The translations under genes and the position numbers were made by a program. This document shows, piece by piece, positions 15,060 to 37,004 of a DNA stretch of 64,000 nucleotides; positions within the stretch are counted from its first letter, which is position 1, and every line of letters starts with the position of its first letter. The stretch comes from the human T2T-CHM13v2.0 reference genome, Homo sapiens. Location of the stretch: assembly GCF_009914755.1 (NCBI RefSeq), contig NC_060941.1; one strand, written 5' to 3'. The notes under the pieces were generated by a model that did not search any database, was not told the origin of the DNA, and worked only from the letters and a program-made list of their open reading frames with translations.

Positions 15060-17030
15060 TTGTTTTTGTAGTCTTCATCTGGTTTGGTTGCTGGTTAATT
15101 CTGGTCTCATAAAATAAATTGGGAAGGATTGCATCTTCTGTTTTTTAGAAGAGATTATGTAAAATTTGTGTTATTTCTTCTTTAAATGTTTGGTAATATT
15201 TGCTAGTGAACACAGCTGGGTGAATTTTTTAGAAGGCTTTTAACTATTAATTCTATTTCTTTGCTAGATAGCTATGCATGTTATCTGTTTCATCTTGGCC
15301 TCATAAAATAAATTGAGAAGGATTACATCTTCTATTTTTTAGAAGAGATCTTGTAAAATTTATGTTATTTCTTCTTTAAATGTTTGGTAATATTTGTTAA
15401 TGAACACATCTGGGTGGAGAATTTTTTAGAAGGCTTTTAACTATGAATTCTATTTATTTGCTAGATAGCTATTCATGTTATCTATTTCATCTTGGGTGAA
15501 TTTTGGTATTTTGTGGGTTTTGTGGAATTAATCTACTTCATCTAAGTTATCAAATGTATATGTATAGAGTTTTTCGTAGTATTCTCATATTATTCTTTTA
15601 ATGCCTGTGGAGTCTGTAGTTATACTATTAATACCTCTTTTATTCCTGATATTAGTAACTGTGGCTTCTCTTTTTTTTCTTTGTTAATTTTGCTAGAGGT
15701 TTATCAATTTTATTGATCTTTTCAAAGAGTCTATTTTTTTCTCTTTTTCAACTTTTATTTTATTTTAGATTCCAGGAGTACATGTGCAGGTTTGTTACAA
15801 AGGTATATTGCATGATGTTGAGTTTGGAGTACAATTGAACCTGTTACCCAGAAAGCAAGCATAGAACACAATAGGTAGTTTTTCAACCCTTGCTTCCCTC
15901 CTTCTCTGCCTCCACTTACATTCATTCCCTAGTGTCTATGTTCCCATCTTTAAGTCCATGTGTACCCATTGTTTATCTCCCATTTATAAGTGGGAACATA
16001 TGGTATTTGGTTTTCTGTTTCTGTGTTAGTTTGCTTAGGATAATGGCCTCCAGTTGCATCCATGTTGCGGCAAGGACATGATTTCATTCTTTTTTAATGG
16101 CTGTGCAGTATTCCACGGTGTATATGTACCACATTTTCTTTATCTAGTCCACCGTTGATAGGTATTTGAGTTGCTTCTATGCCTTTGCTTTTGTGAATTG
16201 TGCTGTGATGAACACACAGCTGCATGTGTCTTTTTGGCAGAATGATTTATTTTCCTTTGGGCATATAACCAGTAATGGGATTGCTGAGTTGAATGGTAGC
16301 TCAACTCTTAGTTCATGCAGCTTAATTTTCATTTCACTGATTTCATTATTTTTGTTACAATTCATCAATTTATACTTGTTTTTATTACTCCTTTTTTTCC
16401 TGTTTGCCTCACATTTATTTAGCTCTTCTTTTTCTAGCTTCATAAGGTAGAAACTAAGATCAATGATTTGAGGATGTTTTTTCCTAAAATAAGCATTTAA
16501 TGACATAAATATCCATCTGAGCACTGCTTTAGCTGCAGTCCTTACATTTTGATATGCTGTATTTTCATTTTTGATCAGTTCAAAATATTTTCTAATTTTA
16601 CTTGAAACTTGCTGTTTTGCCTGTGGATTATTTAGAAATATGCTGCTTAATTTCCAAGTATTTGGACATTTTTCTGTTATTGATTTCTAGTTTAAACTAG
16701 ATTACTAGTTTAATTCCATTACAGTCAGAGAACATACTGGACTTGAGTTGGCTAATAATGTTGCTCAAGTCATCTATATCTTTATTAGTTTGTCTACTAG
16801 TTCTGTTATTGAGAGGAATTTTGAAGTTTCCAAGTATAATTGTGTATTTTTCTATTTTTCTCTTCAGATCTGTCAGTTTTTGCTTCATGTATTTTGAAAC
16901 CCTGTTTTGGGGTGCATACACATTTATGATTCTTATGTCTTCTTGGTGAATTCACCCTTTTATCATTATGTAATGTTCTCTTTTATCCCTAATTTTGTTT
17001 GCTTGGAATTCTACTTTATCTGGTATTATA
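15060..17030 (-). mobile_element. L1M ORF2 (endonuclease region) interrupted by a 5'-truncated old L1PA 3' end at about 15748-16315
   Basis: ORF 16697..16921 (YAPQNRVSKYMKQKLTDLK) is endonuclease-like; L1PA 3' UTR text tacatgtgcaggtttgttac. Confidence 0.82.
15102..15495. repeat. Diverged tandem duplication, period about 194 bp
   Basis: tgg(t/c)ctcataaaataaattg...tttcatcttgg occurs twice (starts 15102 and 15296). Confidence 0.9.
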
Positions 17031-18571
17031 CAGTTACTTGAGCTAGATCATTGGTATTTTGAATTCTGGTCTCCTTTCTTAATCTACCTGCTAGTGTTGA
17101 CTTTTCAGAGTTCTCAAACAGCTACTCCACATATTCTGTCTAGGTTTTTTAGACTACTAAATATGCTTACTTCATCTTTTCTAGGACTGAAACGCCCAAA
17201 CTATTTTTTAAAGTTAATTTTAGCTTTGTAAATTTTAACTTTTATCAAAGAAACACGAACACATAGTTTTATGTTTTCAATGAAAAACATAACTGTCCTT
17301 TCCCTACCCACCTCCTGTTTACAATTCCCATTCCTCAGAAACAATTACTTTCAATATTTTAGGTAGATCTTCTGGTTATTTATCTCCATATTTCTAAGGA
17401 ACATTGATCCTACTACTACTTCTTGGTTTTTGAACTTTAGAACTTACGTACTGATTCTCTCCTGTGGAAGATGTTTATTTCTCTTATACCACTGATACTT
17501 CACCATCCCTTCCTGGGAATATTAACAACTGAGTCACATAGTGCACTATAATTAGATTTCCTTTATTGTACAAGACTTTTTGCCTTCCCTGGAGTTAATA
17601 ACTGCCTCTTCTTTTTGTGGATTAATTTTTAATGTTTTCTGTCATTAATTAATCCCCAAACCATGCCATAGCTGTAAAAATTCTTCCAAGTATGGTCAAA
17701 CCTTCTATCCTCTGAACTCAATTTAGACTACTTGCTGCACTGTTATCATTCCAGAGTTTTCCTTCCTGGTTGTTTTAGGAATTATCTTTGCCTCTATTCT
17801 GGATTGGAACCCTAGTTCCCTGCATCCTTGATATTCCTTTTTAAATTTTTTTTTTTTATTTTGATGGAGCACATCTTCCAGTAACATCCTGAGAAAGTGT
17901 CCATTTGAAGCAAATGTTTTAGGTCCTTGTATGTTGAAGGCTTTATTTTGTCTTATAGTTTATTGATAGTTTGGCTCATGTAGAACTTAAGTTACAAATC
18001 AAAAATTTCCCTAAAATATTTGAAGACAATTTCTTCTATTTTTTTGGTTTCAGTGTTGCTTTTCAGAAGTCTGTTATGATTCTGATTCTCTATCTTTTGT
18101 AAGATAGAGACCTGTCTTTTTGTCTTTGGAAGATTTTAAGACTTTTTCTTTATCCCCTGGTACTTGGAAAGGGCACAGTGAAGTGCTTTGTAGCTTTTCC
18201 TCCTTTACCTGTGCCTGAGTGAGCCCCTTCAACCAAGAAATCGTGTTACTCAATTCTGAGAAATTTTCTTGAGTTATTTCTTTGAGATGTTTCTTTCCTT
18301 TATTTTTTCTGTTCTCATGATCTGAGCCTTCTATGTATCAGAAGTTGGTTATTGCATACTGATCCTCTAATTTTCTAGTTCTTCTTTCCCGCTTTCTCTT
18401 TTTGATCTGGAAAATTTCCATTTTATCTTCCAAGCCCTATTATGCATTTAAAAATTGTTGGTATCATGTTAATTTCTAAGCACTTTTTCTTATTCTTTTG
18501 TTCTTGTTTCATGAAGGCAATATGGTACATCTCTATGGATATTAAGATTTTTTTTTGAAGATTTCTCCTAT

Positions 18572-19365
<794 letters not shown>

Positions 19366-21109
19366 GTTCTAGTCTGTTGTGTTGTTTCTATTTTCTCAGA
19401 GTTCTTCTGCTGTGTTTTTGTTTGCTTTGTTGGACTTGTTTTGTTGTTGTTGTTTTGGTCTGTTTTTCATGTTACAGACTTTCTTTGACAATCTGGTGAA
19501 GACTCTGCACTTACTTAAGAGTAAGGCACTAAAACACTGATTGGCAGCTCTGAATGTATGGGTAGAGCTTATAGGCTGGGAAGTTTGCTATAGGGTAATT
19601 TGGCAGGAACTGGGCCAATTTGTAGATATTTTCTCATGGGGTGGTCAGTTTCCCTAAAAAGGAATTCTACACGCTTGGTAGATGTAAGACTGATTGTCAG
19701 CCTACTCAGAGCTGAAAAGAAAAGGGGGGTGGAGTTCTCACATTCAGTATGTAAAATCCCCGTATATAATATTAACCTCCATCTTTAATACATCCTCAGC
19801 TGTGCCTGGTGTTGAAGAATACAGAGACTCTGTTGTTCAACCTTTCCAGAAGTAAACCTGGGTGAGGGAGGAGGCTAATTGTTTCTTATACTAATTTGCA
19901 ACCAAGCCACCTGTTTTTAAACCTTACTTTCATTGACATTTTAGATTGCTCCAAATCCTAGGCTTTTTCATGCATAAATCTGAAAGTTCTTGTTGACTAT
20001 CATCAATGTAGATTTAAATTTCAGCTTTCTCTTGCCTGCTAAGTCATTCAGTCATTCGGCTGTTTTCCAGTGTTCAAAATGTGTTGATATCGCTTGTCTG
20101 TCACTGTCTCCTCTCTCTCTTTGTAATATTGTAGGTTTGACATTTTCATTTCTTTATTATCATAGGATTTTGAGGGAACATAAATGTTCAATTTTTCTAC
20201 AAAGACAAAAAAAATCTAAATTTTATAGGGCATTATTTTTTGATATTATTTTAAAGTAACCTATAGGCTCCAAGGCAACAGACCATAACACTGGGAAGGA
20301 TAGGAAGAAGATTAATATTGTCAATACTACAGAAGAGTATTGAAAGTCAATGGAAAGTCAGTGTGCCACTGTATTTTGGTTCCAGTTTGATTTATGTTTA
20401 AAGCATTCTATGGTATGGTAGAAAGGTATTTCTGTTAATGAAACAATTCAAAGAAAAAAGATTTCACCTTTTCTTTTTACCATTGTTTTCAAACTGCCTT
20501 GCTTAAATGAATTATGCCGGCTTGAGACAAAGATTATACTTTCAGTAAAGCAACAAAGACTAGTTAGAAAACTCATAGTGCAGTTGTAACCTGGTTGCAA
20601 AACCATCTTGTATGTTTCCAAAGGCTGTTCTTGTATTTCATAGACTTATATTACTTCAAATACTCTAACAGTCCCATGTGTGCTTAAAAAAATTAACATT
20701 AAAAGGAATCCATTGGTTTCTGCTTACTTTAGATCTTCTGTATCCCTTACAAGAAGAGTGCCTCAGAGTATAAGCACCTTTTCTGTCAATCAATATACAT
20801 TATGAGTTTTATTAAATAACATAAAACATTTGCTTGGTCTTTATTTTTTTAATTTAAAAAATTTTACTTATTGATTGGTTTTAAAGGGTAAGTTCCTTTG
20901 TAACAAATTATTAATTATTGACATTATTCCCTGAAAATCAGTAAAATGATAGCTGGGCTCTCCATTTAAAAAAATTAATAAAATTCTAAAAGTACAGTAT
21001 TATATATCAATACTATAAATACATGATTTTTATGATATTCCAGGAAAGCATGTTTTGAAGCTCTAAAAGCTCTCTGGGCAATGTTGTATGGCAGGAAAAA
21101 GCACTGAAC

Positions 21110-21550
21110 CTCACATTTTTCACTAATTCAACAAGCATTTGAGACTTAGTTGGTTGCTGAGAATGTAACAACGTAACACATGTTCAAGGAAGAAAACAGA
21201 TAGGCTATTACAATACAATGAGATATGTGCTATAATACAGATAGCAACCAAAATGCTATAGGTTTACTAAGGTATAAATAACTCTAGTTGGAGAAGTTTT
21301 AAAGGTCCTCATAAAGGACATGACTTTCAATGAGGTTTTGATTGCTAAATTTGCCAAACGAATTGTATGATAACTTATAAGCCAAGGCAAAGCATAATGA
21401 AAGAATATAGCATGTTTGATAGTTTAATACTGACATACTTATGTTTAATAGTGAAAAATTCGGTGGCTAGAGGTAGAGGATAAGGATGAAAAAGCAGGTA
21501 TTACAGTTTTAGAAATGGATGGGAACAAGATGTAAAGGGCCATTTAGTAG
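21110..21550 (-). mobile_element. L2 fragment
   Basis: attcaacaagcatttgag...attacaatacaatgagatatgtgctataat. Confidence 0.55.
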
Positions 21551-21606
21551 CCATGTGGCCTTAGAAAAATAATTTAATTTCTCACAACCAGTTTAAAAAC
21601 AATTCA

Positions 21607-23741
<2,135 letters not shown>

Positions 23742-23793
23742 TTATAGCATTTACAAATTAGATGTTGATGCCCTACAATATGAAATTAAGGGA

Positions 23794-25444
<1,651 letters not shown>

Positions 25445-25593
25445 TATAAAATAATGATTTAAAAATGAGTCTCACAAAGCACAAATCTTAATGGGCAAGA
25501 ATATTTAGAAGTCGGAGTATCATGATTAAATGTTTAGTTGGTGTTAATTCTTTAGGATCACGATTATAGTTTGTTTTAACCCTTCTTCAATGA

Positions 25594-26041
<448 letters not shown>

Positions 26042-26749
26042 TTAATTATTAAATATCCTTCAGTTTCAATGTTATCCTTCAACATTATCACTATACATAA
26101 AAGGCACAAGAAAATATAGATTGTAATCACATTGTTATCTAAAGCTTACAAATAACATTAAAATGAAAATGATTTTTTTTTCTGTCAGATGTCTTCTTTA
26201 CATAGAAGCAGAATGAAAAATTGTGCAACTACAGAAGCTCACTGGGCAGTAAAATAGATTTTGTTTCTATTTGATGATATTTTAACAGATACACAGATTC
26301 CGTACTGAAAGTACACTTTCAAATAGAATATCTCCTCACACTGGCTGGTATATCAATTTTCTTCCCTGACATTTTGGGGGAGGTGAGGAGAGAGGTCTGT
26401 TTATCTATAAAATTGTTATCTGAGCTTTGATGTTCACAAGACAAAACTTTTTTGATTTGATAAGCTTTCTTTAATATTTACTGAGCATCTTTGTGTGCTA
26501 TTCATTGTTAGATCAATCACAAAATTTCTTTAAACTTTAGCAAATTGTGAGTTTTGTTTTGGGAATAACTTATTCTTCTTACTCTTTTCAAATTCTACTT
26601 GTGACAGCTATCATTGAATACATACCAGTTCCTATGGTTCCAGTTAAATAAAATTTTACCAAGTTTATTATAAAGAGTAAAGTAGCAAGACTAGATTTAT
26701 ATATATAGCCCTGTCACAGATAATATTATATTAAATTTCACTCCACTTA

Positions 26750-26863
<114 letters not shown>

Positions 26864-27084
26864 CTAATAATTTTAAAATATATTTAAAAAATTAGTAGAT
26901 AATTAAAGCTCATTTTAAACATCATATTAACTTCTAACAGTTTGAATATACATATTTTTAGGGTAGAGATTTTATTTTGTTTTTCAGTACTGATTTTTTT
27001 CGTTTCATTTAAAATAGTTTTATTTAGCTTCACATTCCTTAAATTACCTAATGCATATAACTAATCAGCTGTGTGATCTCAAGC

Positions 27085-29690
27085 AGTTTTATTGAACTTA
27101 CATTCATTAAATCCACACAATTTTCAGTGTACAAGTAGGTGAGTTTTGACATATATAGTAATGTAACCACCATCATAATATAGAACATTTTCATCACCCC
27201 CAAAAGTTCCCTCTTATCCCTTTATAGTAAATTTCTTTCTTCCACTGCTGGCCCTGGCAACCACTGATCTGCTTTCTGTTTTGCCCTTTATAGAATTTCA
27301 TATAAATATTATCATATACTATGTAATGACTTGTGACATTTTTCATTTAATATACTTTTAGAATTCATTCATGTTGAAAGGTTTATGAGTAGTTCATTCT
27401 TTTACGTTTATCCAGTCTGGTAATCTCTGCTTTTTAATTGCAATGTTTAGACCATTTACATTTAATGTAGTTATTGTTATGATTGGGTTTAAGACTACCA
27501 CCTTGCTTCCCCCCTACCCCCCCAATCTGTACCATTTTGTTTTTATCTTTTGGATCAATCAAGTTCCCCCCTCCCCCCATATTATTTCCACTACTGGAAA
27601 TAATATGCTTCCATATTATTTCCACTACTGGAAATAATATGCTTCCATATTATTTCCACTACTGGAAATAATATGCTTCCATATTATTTCCACTACTGGA
27701 AATAATATGCTTCCATATTATTTCCACTACTGGAAATAATATGCTTCCATATTATTTCCACTACTGGATTATTAGCTATGTCTTTGTGTGTGTGTGACTC
27801 CTCTAGGGTTTATGATATACATCCTTATTAGTCTACCTTAAAATAATATTTTACCACTTCACATATGATGTAAAAACAATACCACAATATACTTCCATTT
27901 CCTTTTATTGTCCTTTATGCTATTGCTGCCATACATTTTAGTTTTATACGTGCTATAAACCCATAAAACATTTTGATTATGCTTTAAACAGTACATTATC
28001 TTTTAATTTTAAATAAGTTTATAATTTTGAAATAAGTTTAGATTTACAGAAAAGTTCCAAAGATAGTACAGAGATTCCTTATACCCTTTACCCAATTTCC
28101 CCTAATGTTAACATCTTATATTACTATAGCTCATGTCAAATTAAGAAATTAACATTAGTACATTAGTATTAAATAATCTATGTATTTTATTCAGATTTCT
28201 GCTTTGTCCCAAAAGATTATCTTTTAAAATATACCGTATTTACCCACAGATTTACCATTTCTGGCACTCTTCATTTTCTCACGTAGATTTAAATTTCCAT
28301 CTGGTATCATTTTCCTTCTACCTGAAGAACTTTCTTTAATATTAGTAGTGCACGTTTGCTAGCAATGAGTTCTTTCAACTTTTCTTTTTCTGAAAAGACT
28401 TCACTATCTTCATTTTTAAGAGATTGTCCCACTTGATCAAGAATTCTAAATTGACAGGTTTTTTCTTTTGTTAAAGACGGCTTTTCATTGTTTTCTGATT
28501 TGCATAGTTCTGAAGAAAAAATATGCTATTGTCCTATCTCTGTAATGTTCCCCTTTCTTTTAGCGACTTTGGATTGGATTACAGTGTGCTGTTGTGTGTA
28601 TTTTGCTTGCGTTTTTATTAAGCTTCTTGGACCTGTGGGCTTATAGTTTCTATCAAACTTGAAAAATTTTCAGCCATTATTTCTCTAAATATATATATTA
28701 TTCTGCCTCGAAACTCTTCTTCTTAGACTCCAATTACAACTATATTAGACTACTTTATATTACTCCACATGTCACTGACCCTCTTTTTTTTCACTCTACA
28801 CTTCATTTTGGATAATTTTTATTTATAAGATTTCAAGTTCACCAAATTTTCCTTCTGCAGTGTCTAATCCATCCAGTGTATTTTTTGTTTCATATAGAGA
28901 GATTTCACATAGGTATTTAAAAAATAGCTTCTGTTTCTCTTTTCAGTATGCTTATGTTTTCTGCTATCTTCTTTGAACTTACAGAGCATAAAACATAAGA
29001 TATTTTAAAAATCCTTGTCTGCTAGCCAGTTCTAACATCTCTGTCATTTCTGGTTTTGTTTCTATTGATTGATTTTCCTCTGTATTATGGGTTAAATTCT
29101 CTTCTTTGCATGCCTGCTAATTTTTGATTGGATACTAGACATTGTGGGCATTAAGTCAGTGGTTACTGGATTTTGCTGTGAATGCAATTAGGGTACTTGG
29201 AACCAGTTCATTCTTTGGCAGCTTTGTTAGGGAAAGTCAAGAGCAGCCTTTAGTCTAGGGCTAATTTATCCCCCATACAAAGGTGAAACTCTACTGATGA
29301 TTGTTTCAAGTACCCCATGTGTTATGAAGTTTTTCTCTTCTGGCTGCTGGGAACTCAAACTATTCCCAGACTTTGTAAGCACTAGGAAGTTTTCTGCCTA
29401 CTCATTTCCCTGGCCTTATGTAGCTTCCTCTCATGTATATGCCAATCAGTACTTGACCAAAAACTTAAGGGGACGCCTATGCAGATACCTGGAGCTTTCT
29501 CTCTATGTAGCTCCATCCTCTCTAGTACTCTACCTTGCAAATTCTAGCTGCCACGGACTTTCCCTAAACTTTATCTCTTTAACTCAGTGTGACCACTGAG
29601 CTCTGTTTGAGTTTATTCTCCCTGAACTGTGGCCTAGTAATTGTCTCCAGGTAATAATCTGGTGCAATTGTAGTATTCCAGGACAAGTAT
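27085..29690 (-). mobile_element. Ancient L1M fragments (3' end piece 27085-27410; ORF1/5' region 27410-29690)
   Basis: gtttagaccatttacatttaatgta; ttatagtttctatcaaacttgaaaaattttcagccattatttct. Confidence 0.65.
27577..27768. repeat. Perfect 34-bp palindromic minisatellite, 5 full units plus 22 bp
   Basis: Unit ccatattatttccactactggaaataatatgctt starts at 27577, 27611, 27645, 27679, 27713 and (partial) 27747; no mismatches seen. Confidence 0.97.
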
Positions 29691-29701
29691 ATCAAATGGT
29701 A

Positions 29702-30032
29702 CAGTTGTCCCTTGGTATCCATGGGTGATTGGTTTCAGAACTTCCCTCAGATACCAAAATCCATGGATGCTCAAGTACTTGATACAAAATGACTTAGTAT
29801 TTGCATAACCTATGCATATCCTCCTTTATACTTTAAATAATCTCTGGATTACTTTAATAGCTAATATGATGTAAAGCTATGCAAATAGTTGTTACATTGT
29901 AGTGTTTAGGGAATAATGACAAGAAAAAAATCTGTACATGTTCAGTACAGAAGCAATTTTTTTTCAAATATTTTTGATTCACACTTAGGTGAATCCACAG
30001 ATGCAGAACCCATAAATACAGAGGGCCAATTG
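29702..30032 (+). mobile_element. MER2 (Tigger-family MITE)
   Basis: ta|cagttgtcccttggtatccatgggtgattgg...atacagagggccaattg. Confidence 0.88.
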
Positions 30033-30074
30033 TGTATTTTTGTAGTAGAAGCCTAAATAAAGATATGTGGAGTT

Positions 30075-31350
<1,276 letters not shown>

Positions 31351-31404
31351 AGTAAACTTCTTGGAAACATTTTAGGCTTTCAAGATATATTAACAAAACT
31401 TATA

Positions 31405-31711
31405 CAGCAGTTCCCTCTTATCTGCAGTGGTTTAAGTTAACTGCGGTCAACTGTGGTCCAAAAATATTAAATAAAAAATTCCAGAAATAATTTATGTTTT
31501 AAATTGCCCACTGTTCTGAGTAGCATGATGACATCTCATGCTATATCCTGCTCCATCCCACTCAGATGTGAATCATCCCTTTGTCCAGTATATCCATGCT
31601 GTACATACTACCCACCAGCAGTTAGTAGTTACTTAGTAGCTGTCTAGGTCTAATCGAGTGTCATGGTATTGCAGTGCTTAGGTTCAAGTGACCTCTATTT
31701 TACTTAATAAT
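31405..31711 (+). mobile_element. MER44B/Tigger7 left portion
   Basis: ta|cagcagttccctcttatctgc...gtccaaaaatattaaa...tattttacttaataat. Confidence 0.75.
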
Positions 31712-31781
31712 ACTTTACTAAATTGTAAACCTACTCAAGAAAAAACAAAGTATTTTCCGTGTACTCTATAACACTGTTAAC

Positions 31782-33277
<1,496 letters not shown>

Positions 33278-36057
33278 AACTTTGCTTTTTAGGGCAACAT
33301 AAGTAGTAAATGATAACATAACACCATAGTAAATATTAGATGATATGTTAATACCCTCCCTGGAAATTCAGCAATAAAGCACATGATAATTAAGACTATA
33401 AGAAAAAGTACTTTTAAAATTCTGTCCAGCTGGGAAAAATATATGTATTTCCTACCTATCTCTCAAAAATGTAACTAAAGCAGCTTCTCTTCTTTAACAA
33501 TATTTTCCTCAAAGAAAGTTGACATCTACTTTGTCAGACATAATAGCTTATGTGTTTTCAAAATTTCCTACACCATGGACAGACTGATACATTATAGTGG
33601 TCACTGTTCCGAAGACAACAGTTGCTCTAGGACGTATTAGTTATAAATGGAATATTTAGAGTGAATGTAGCAACTATTAGATTAAATAAAATTATGACTC
33701 CTTGGTCTTCTATTTTTCATTAACATAATTAAAATTTTCTGTATGGCTACATTGTTTTAATTTATTGCAAATTTTCAAACACCTTTTACACTCCAAATGG
33801 CCTTTAAAATACTGCCAATATTTTACCCAGGGGAATTTATTTTAGATAAAAAGTTTAAAAACCTACAAAAGAACAAAAAACTCCCAAACAAAAAACAAAA
33901 CCCTGAAATGAACTGTATATAAAGGTTAACTTTGAAATAGTTCTTATTACATAAACAGATTTTTAAAATTAATCAATAATAAAAATTACTTTGTGAGATC
34001 ACAGTTAATTGGAAAAAGCAAAACTAAGGGTTAAGAAAAGGTGGAAAGTGAGTACACCTCATTTTAATGACATCAGAATCTATTTCATTGTACACTTAGG
34101 GATTATCAAGCATGAAAATCAATGACCAATTTAAAATGACATACAGCATATGTGAAAAAGCCAGTTTCTCCTGCCAGCAAATAGCCTAAATGTTAAGTAA
34201 ACCAAAGGCTGGAAGGGATTAGTTGAAATGTCAAAAGACAACCTTTTACTTTTACCTGCTCATCCTTATAAACACATTCTTATCTCTCAGGCATGCTTTC
34301 CAAACAAATAGTTTCAATGTGCACCACCAGCAAAAGGCCCAAGGCAAGCTCTGCCATCTTCTAACTGTCAAAGAGATTAGTCTTTGATCTATTTGGGAGG
34401 TCATGCCCACATTCACATTACCTTATAATCTAACAACATTATACCTGTTGACCAATGCTTCCTTAATGCCTAATGAGACAGACATTTTACATTATGGAAG
34501 TTAACTGTGAATGTTTTTTCTAAGTTTTGACAGAAAGTAAGCACCATAAACTGAGCTCAAGTGTGGTTTGGGAAGATGATCTTTTAGATCAGTTAACATT
34601 ACTTTTCAAATACATTTTACAAGCCTTTCCCAAAATAGAAAGCTATACTTAATTGTACTTTTTGGAAACAGTTAAACTACTTGCTTCCCATCCCCAATAA
34701 ATTAGTGTATGTGTAATTTTGGAGGGGTGTGAAGAGCAGGAAAAAGACAAACTATTTTATTAACAGTTGCAAACTGAAGGCCCATAGTTGTGTTTTGTGT
34801 GGCCCTTACTGTGGCTTAAAATAATTAAAATTTATTTGCTACCATCTAAAACTTTGGCTATCTCACCACTGTCCTCAACTAACCCACTCATTTAAATAAC
34901 CTGTTTAATTCATGTAGCTGCTTGAGTTTGCAACCCATTGGTTCAGATGCTGCATAGATTCACAAAAATTTATCATTTCATAATTGAAGGTCAAGTTTGT
35001 ACCAAATGTAAAGCACCCTTACTATGATAGTTTTTAGACAAATAAATATATATCTGCATCAAAATCTAACCTAACTGACATAAGTAGAAATAAGATCCTC
35101 AATATCAAAGGCATTGATAATTAAGACTGAGGCGGTTTAGAATTGGGTAAAAATACCCAATAGACAGATGGCATTCAAGCAGAAGTTATATGATTTTGGA
35201 TTCTGATTTTTACCATTATATCATAATGTACTTGAGATTGAACAGAAAGTTTCTTAAGTTCTCCATGCCTTGGTTTTATTGGAAACAGTATAAGTAGCAG
35301 AGCACTTATAGCAGCAATAGACAATATGAAATAATCAAAAGGATTATACTGCATATGTCAACGAGAAATTAAGGTCACAATTATTAACATTAGACTTTTT
35401 CAACTTTCAGTCAAACTCTTTGCACAAAAGTAGCCTTTTTAAAGTTTATCAGTAGCTTCTGAAAAAATAAATGGTGTGATAAATATGAGCTAGAACTATA
35501 AATGCATCTCTTCATTTTACTGCTGCTTCACATGAAAGATGGTGGATTTTATCCCAACTCATACCAATACATATTATGATTTCAGTAATAAATGCCTTCC
35601 TGAAAGCAATCAATAGAAGAATATAATTTTTTTCTTGTATGTAAGCTTGAAGACAAAAGTTCAAGCCTCCAAATGAGACTAAGGACAAATAATCAGCTAA
35701 ACTACATAATTATAAAAATATTAAGAAAACTCTGCTTCAGAAAAATAAACACATTTGTCTAGCAAACACTTGAGTAGAACAGTTTTATCTTTAGCCAAGG
35801 TGCAGGGCCTAAAGCCTAAACATTTACAGCAAACCAAATCTGGAAGACAGAGACTGTGCATTAGAGACATTTGCTGCTCCGTATCATCATAGTGTAAACA
35901 CTTCTATCAGGGTATCACAATATAAATTCCAATGGTTAGAATTATAAACTCAGCATAAGATCTTGTATGTGATATAATTTAGCTAGATTAAAAAGAATAT
36001 AGCTGGTTTTATTTCATCTGGCATATTTTCAAGATTTCTGACACAGTTAACCAAATA

Positions 36058-36088
36058 GTGTGTGTGTGTGTGTGTGTGTATATATACA
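36058..36088. repeat. (GT)n(AT)n microsatellite
   Basis: gtgtgtgtgtgtgtgtgtgtgtatatatac. Confidence 0.9.
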
Positions 36089-36553
36089 CTTTTTTTAAAT
36101 GGGGAAAATGAGTTAGTTTCTGCCAAGAGTTAAGAAGCCAGGCTCCCTTTTAAATAAGAATAATAATGATAAAAGCACATTAGAAATGGTTTTTAGTTGT
36201 TACTTACTTTCCCTGTTACGTTACAACTTGACCACAATAATCTATCAAGACATAGTAACAGCAATATATTTCACATATGCTTTAAGACTGTTTTGGATAA
36301 GGTGCTTTTTTTGGTAGAGAAATCTATATTAAACTTAGTATCGCTAATTGTCAGTGTTGACTAAAATAACCTGGATATTTCAAATTTAAGAAATAGAACA
36401 AAATATATCCCTCTGAAATCAGGTATCTCCTCTTCTCAACATATTCAGCCTCAACTGGTTATAAAAATATAACCAGTTTTTCCTATTAAAAAGTTAATAC
36501 TCTAAGACATGCAAGAAATCTTAGCATGCTTATTCTGTAAAGGGCTAAGTTAA

Positions 36554-36874
<321 letters not shown>

Positions 36875-37004
36875 TAAGAGTAATGACCTTTGTGTCAATT
36901 TAGGTAGGTTATCCATGTTAAAATATTACTCAAACAAACCTGCAAATGTTTAAATTATCATCTCTAGAACATGCCACCATTCGTGTTATAGTTTATTTTG
37001 AGGA

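Noticed and set aside
27434-27671. Short ORFs overlapping the minisatellite
   Set aside because: Products of the repeat and decayed L1; no splice or coding signature.
27577-27768. CRISPR-like array (34-bp palindromic repeats)
   Set aside because: The units are directly adjacent with no unique spacers, there are no cas genes, and the context is a primate intron. It is a minisatellite.
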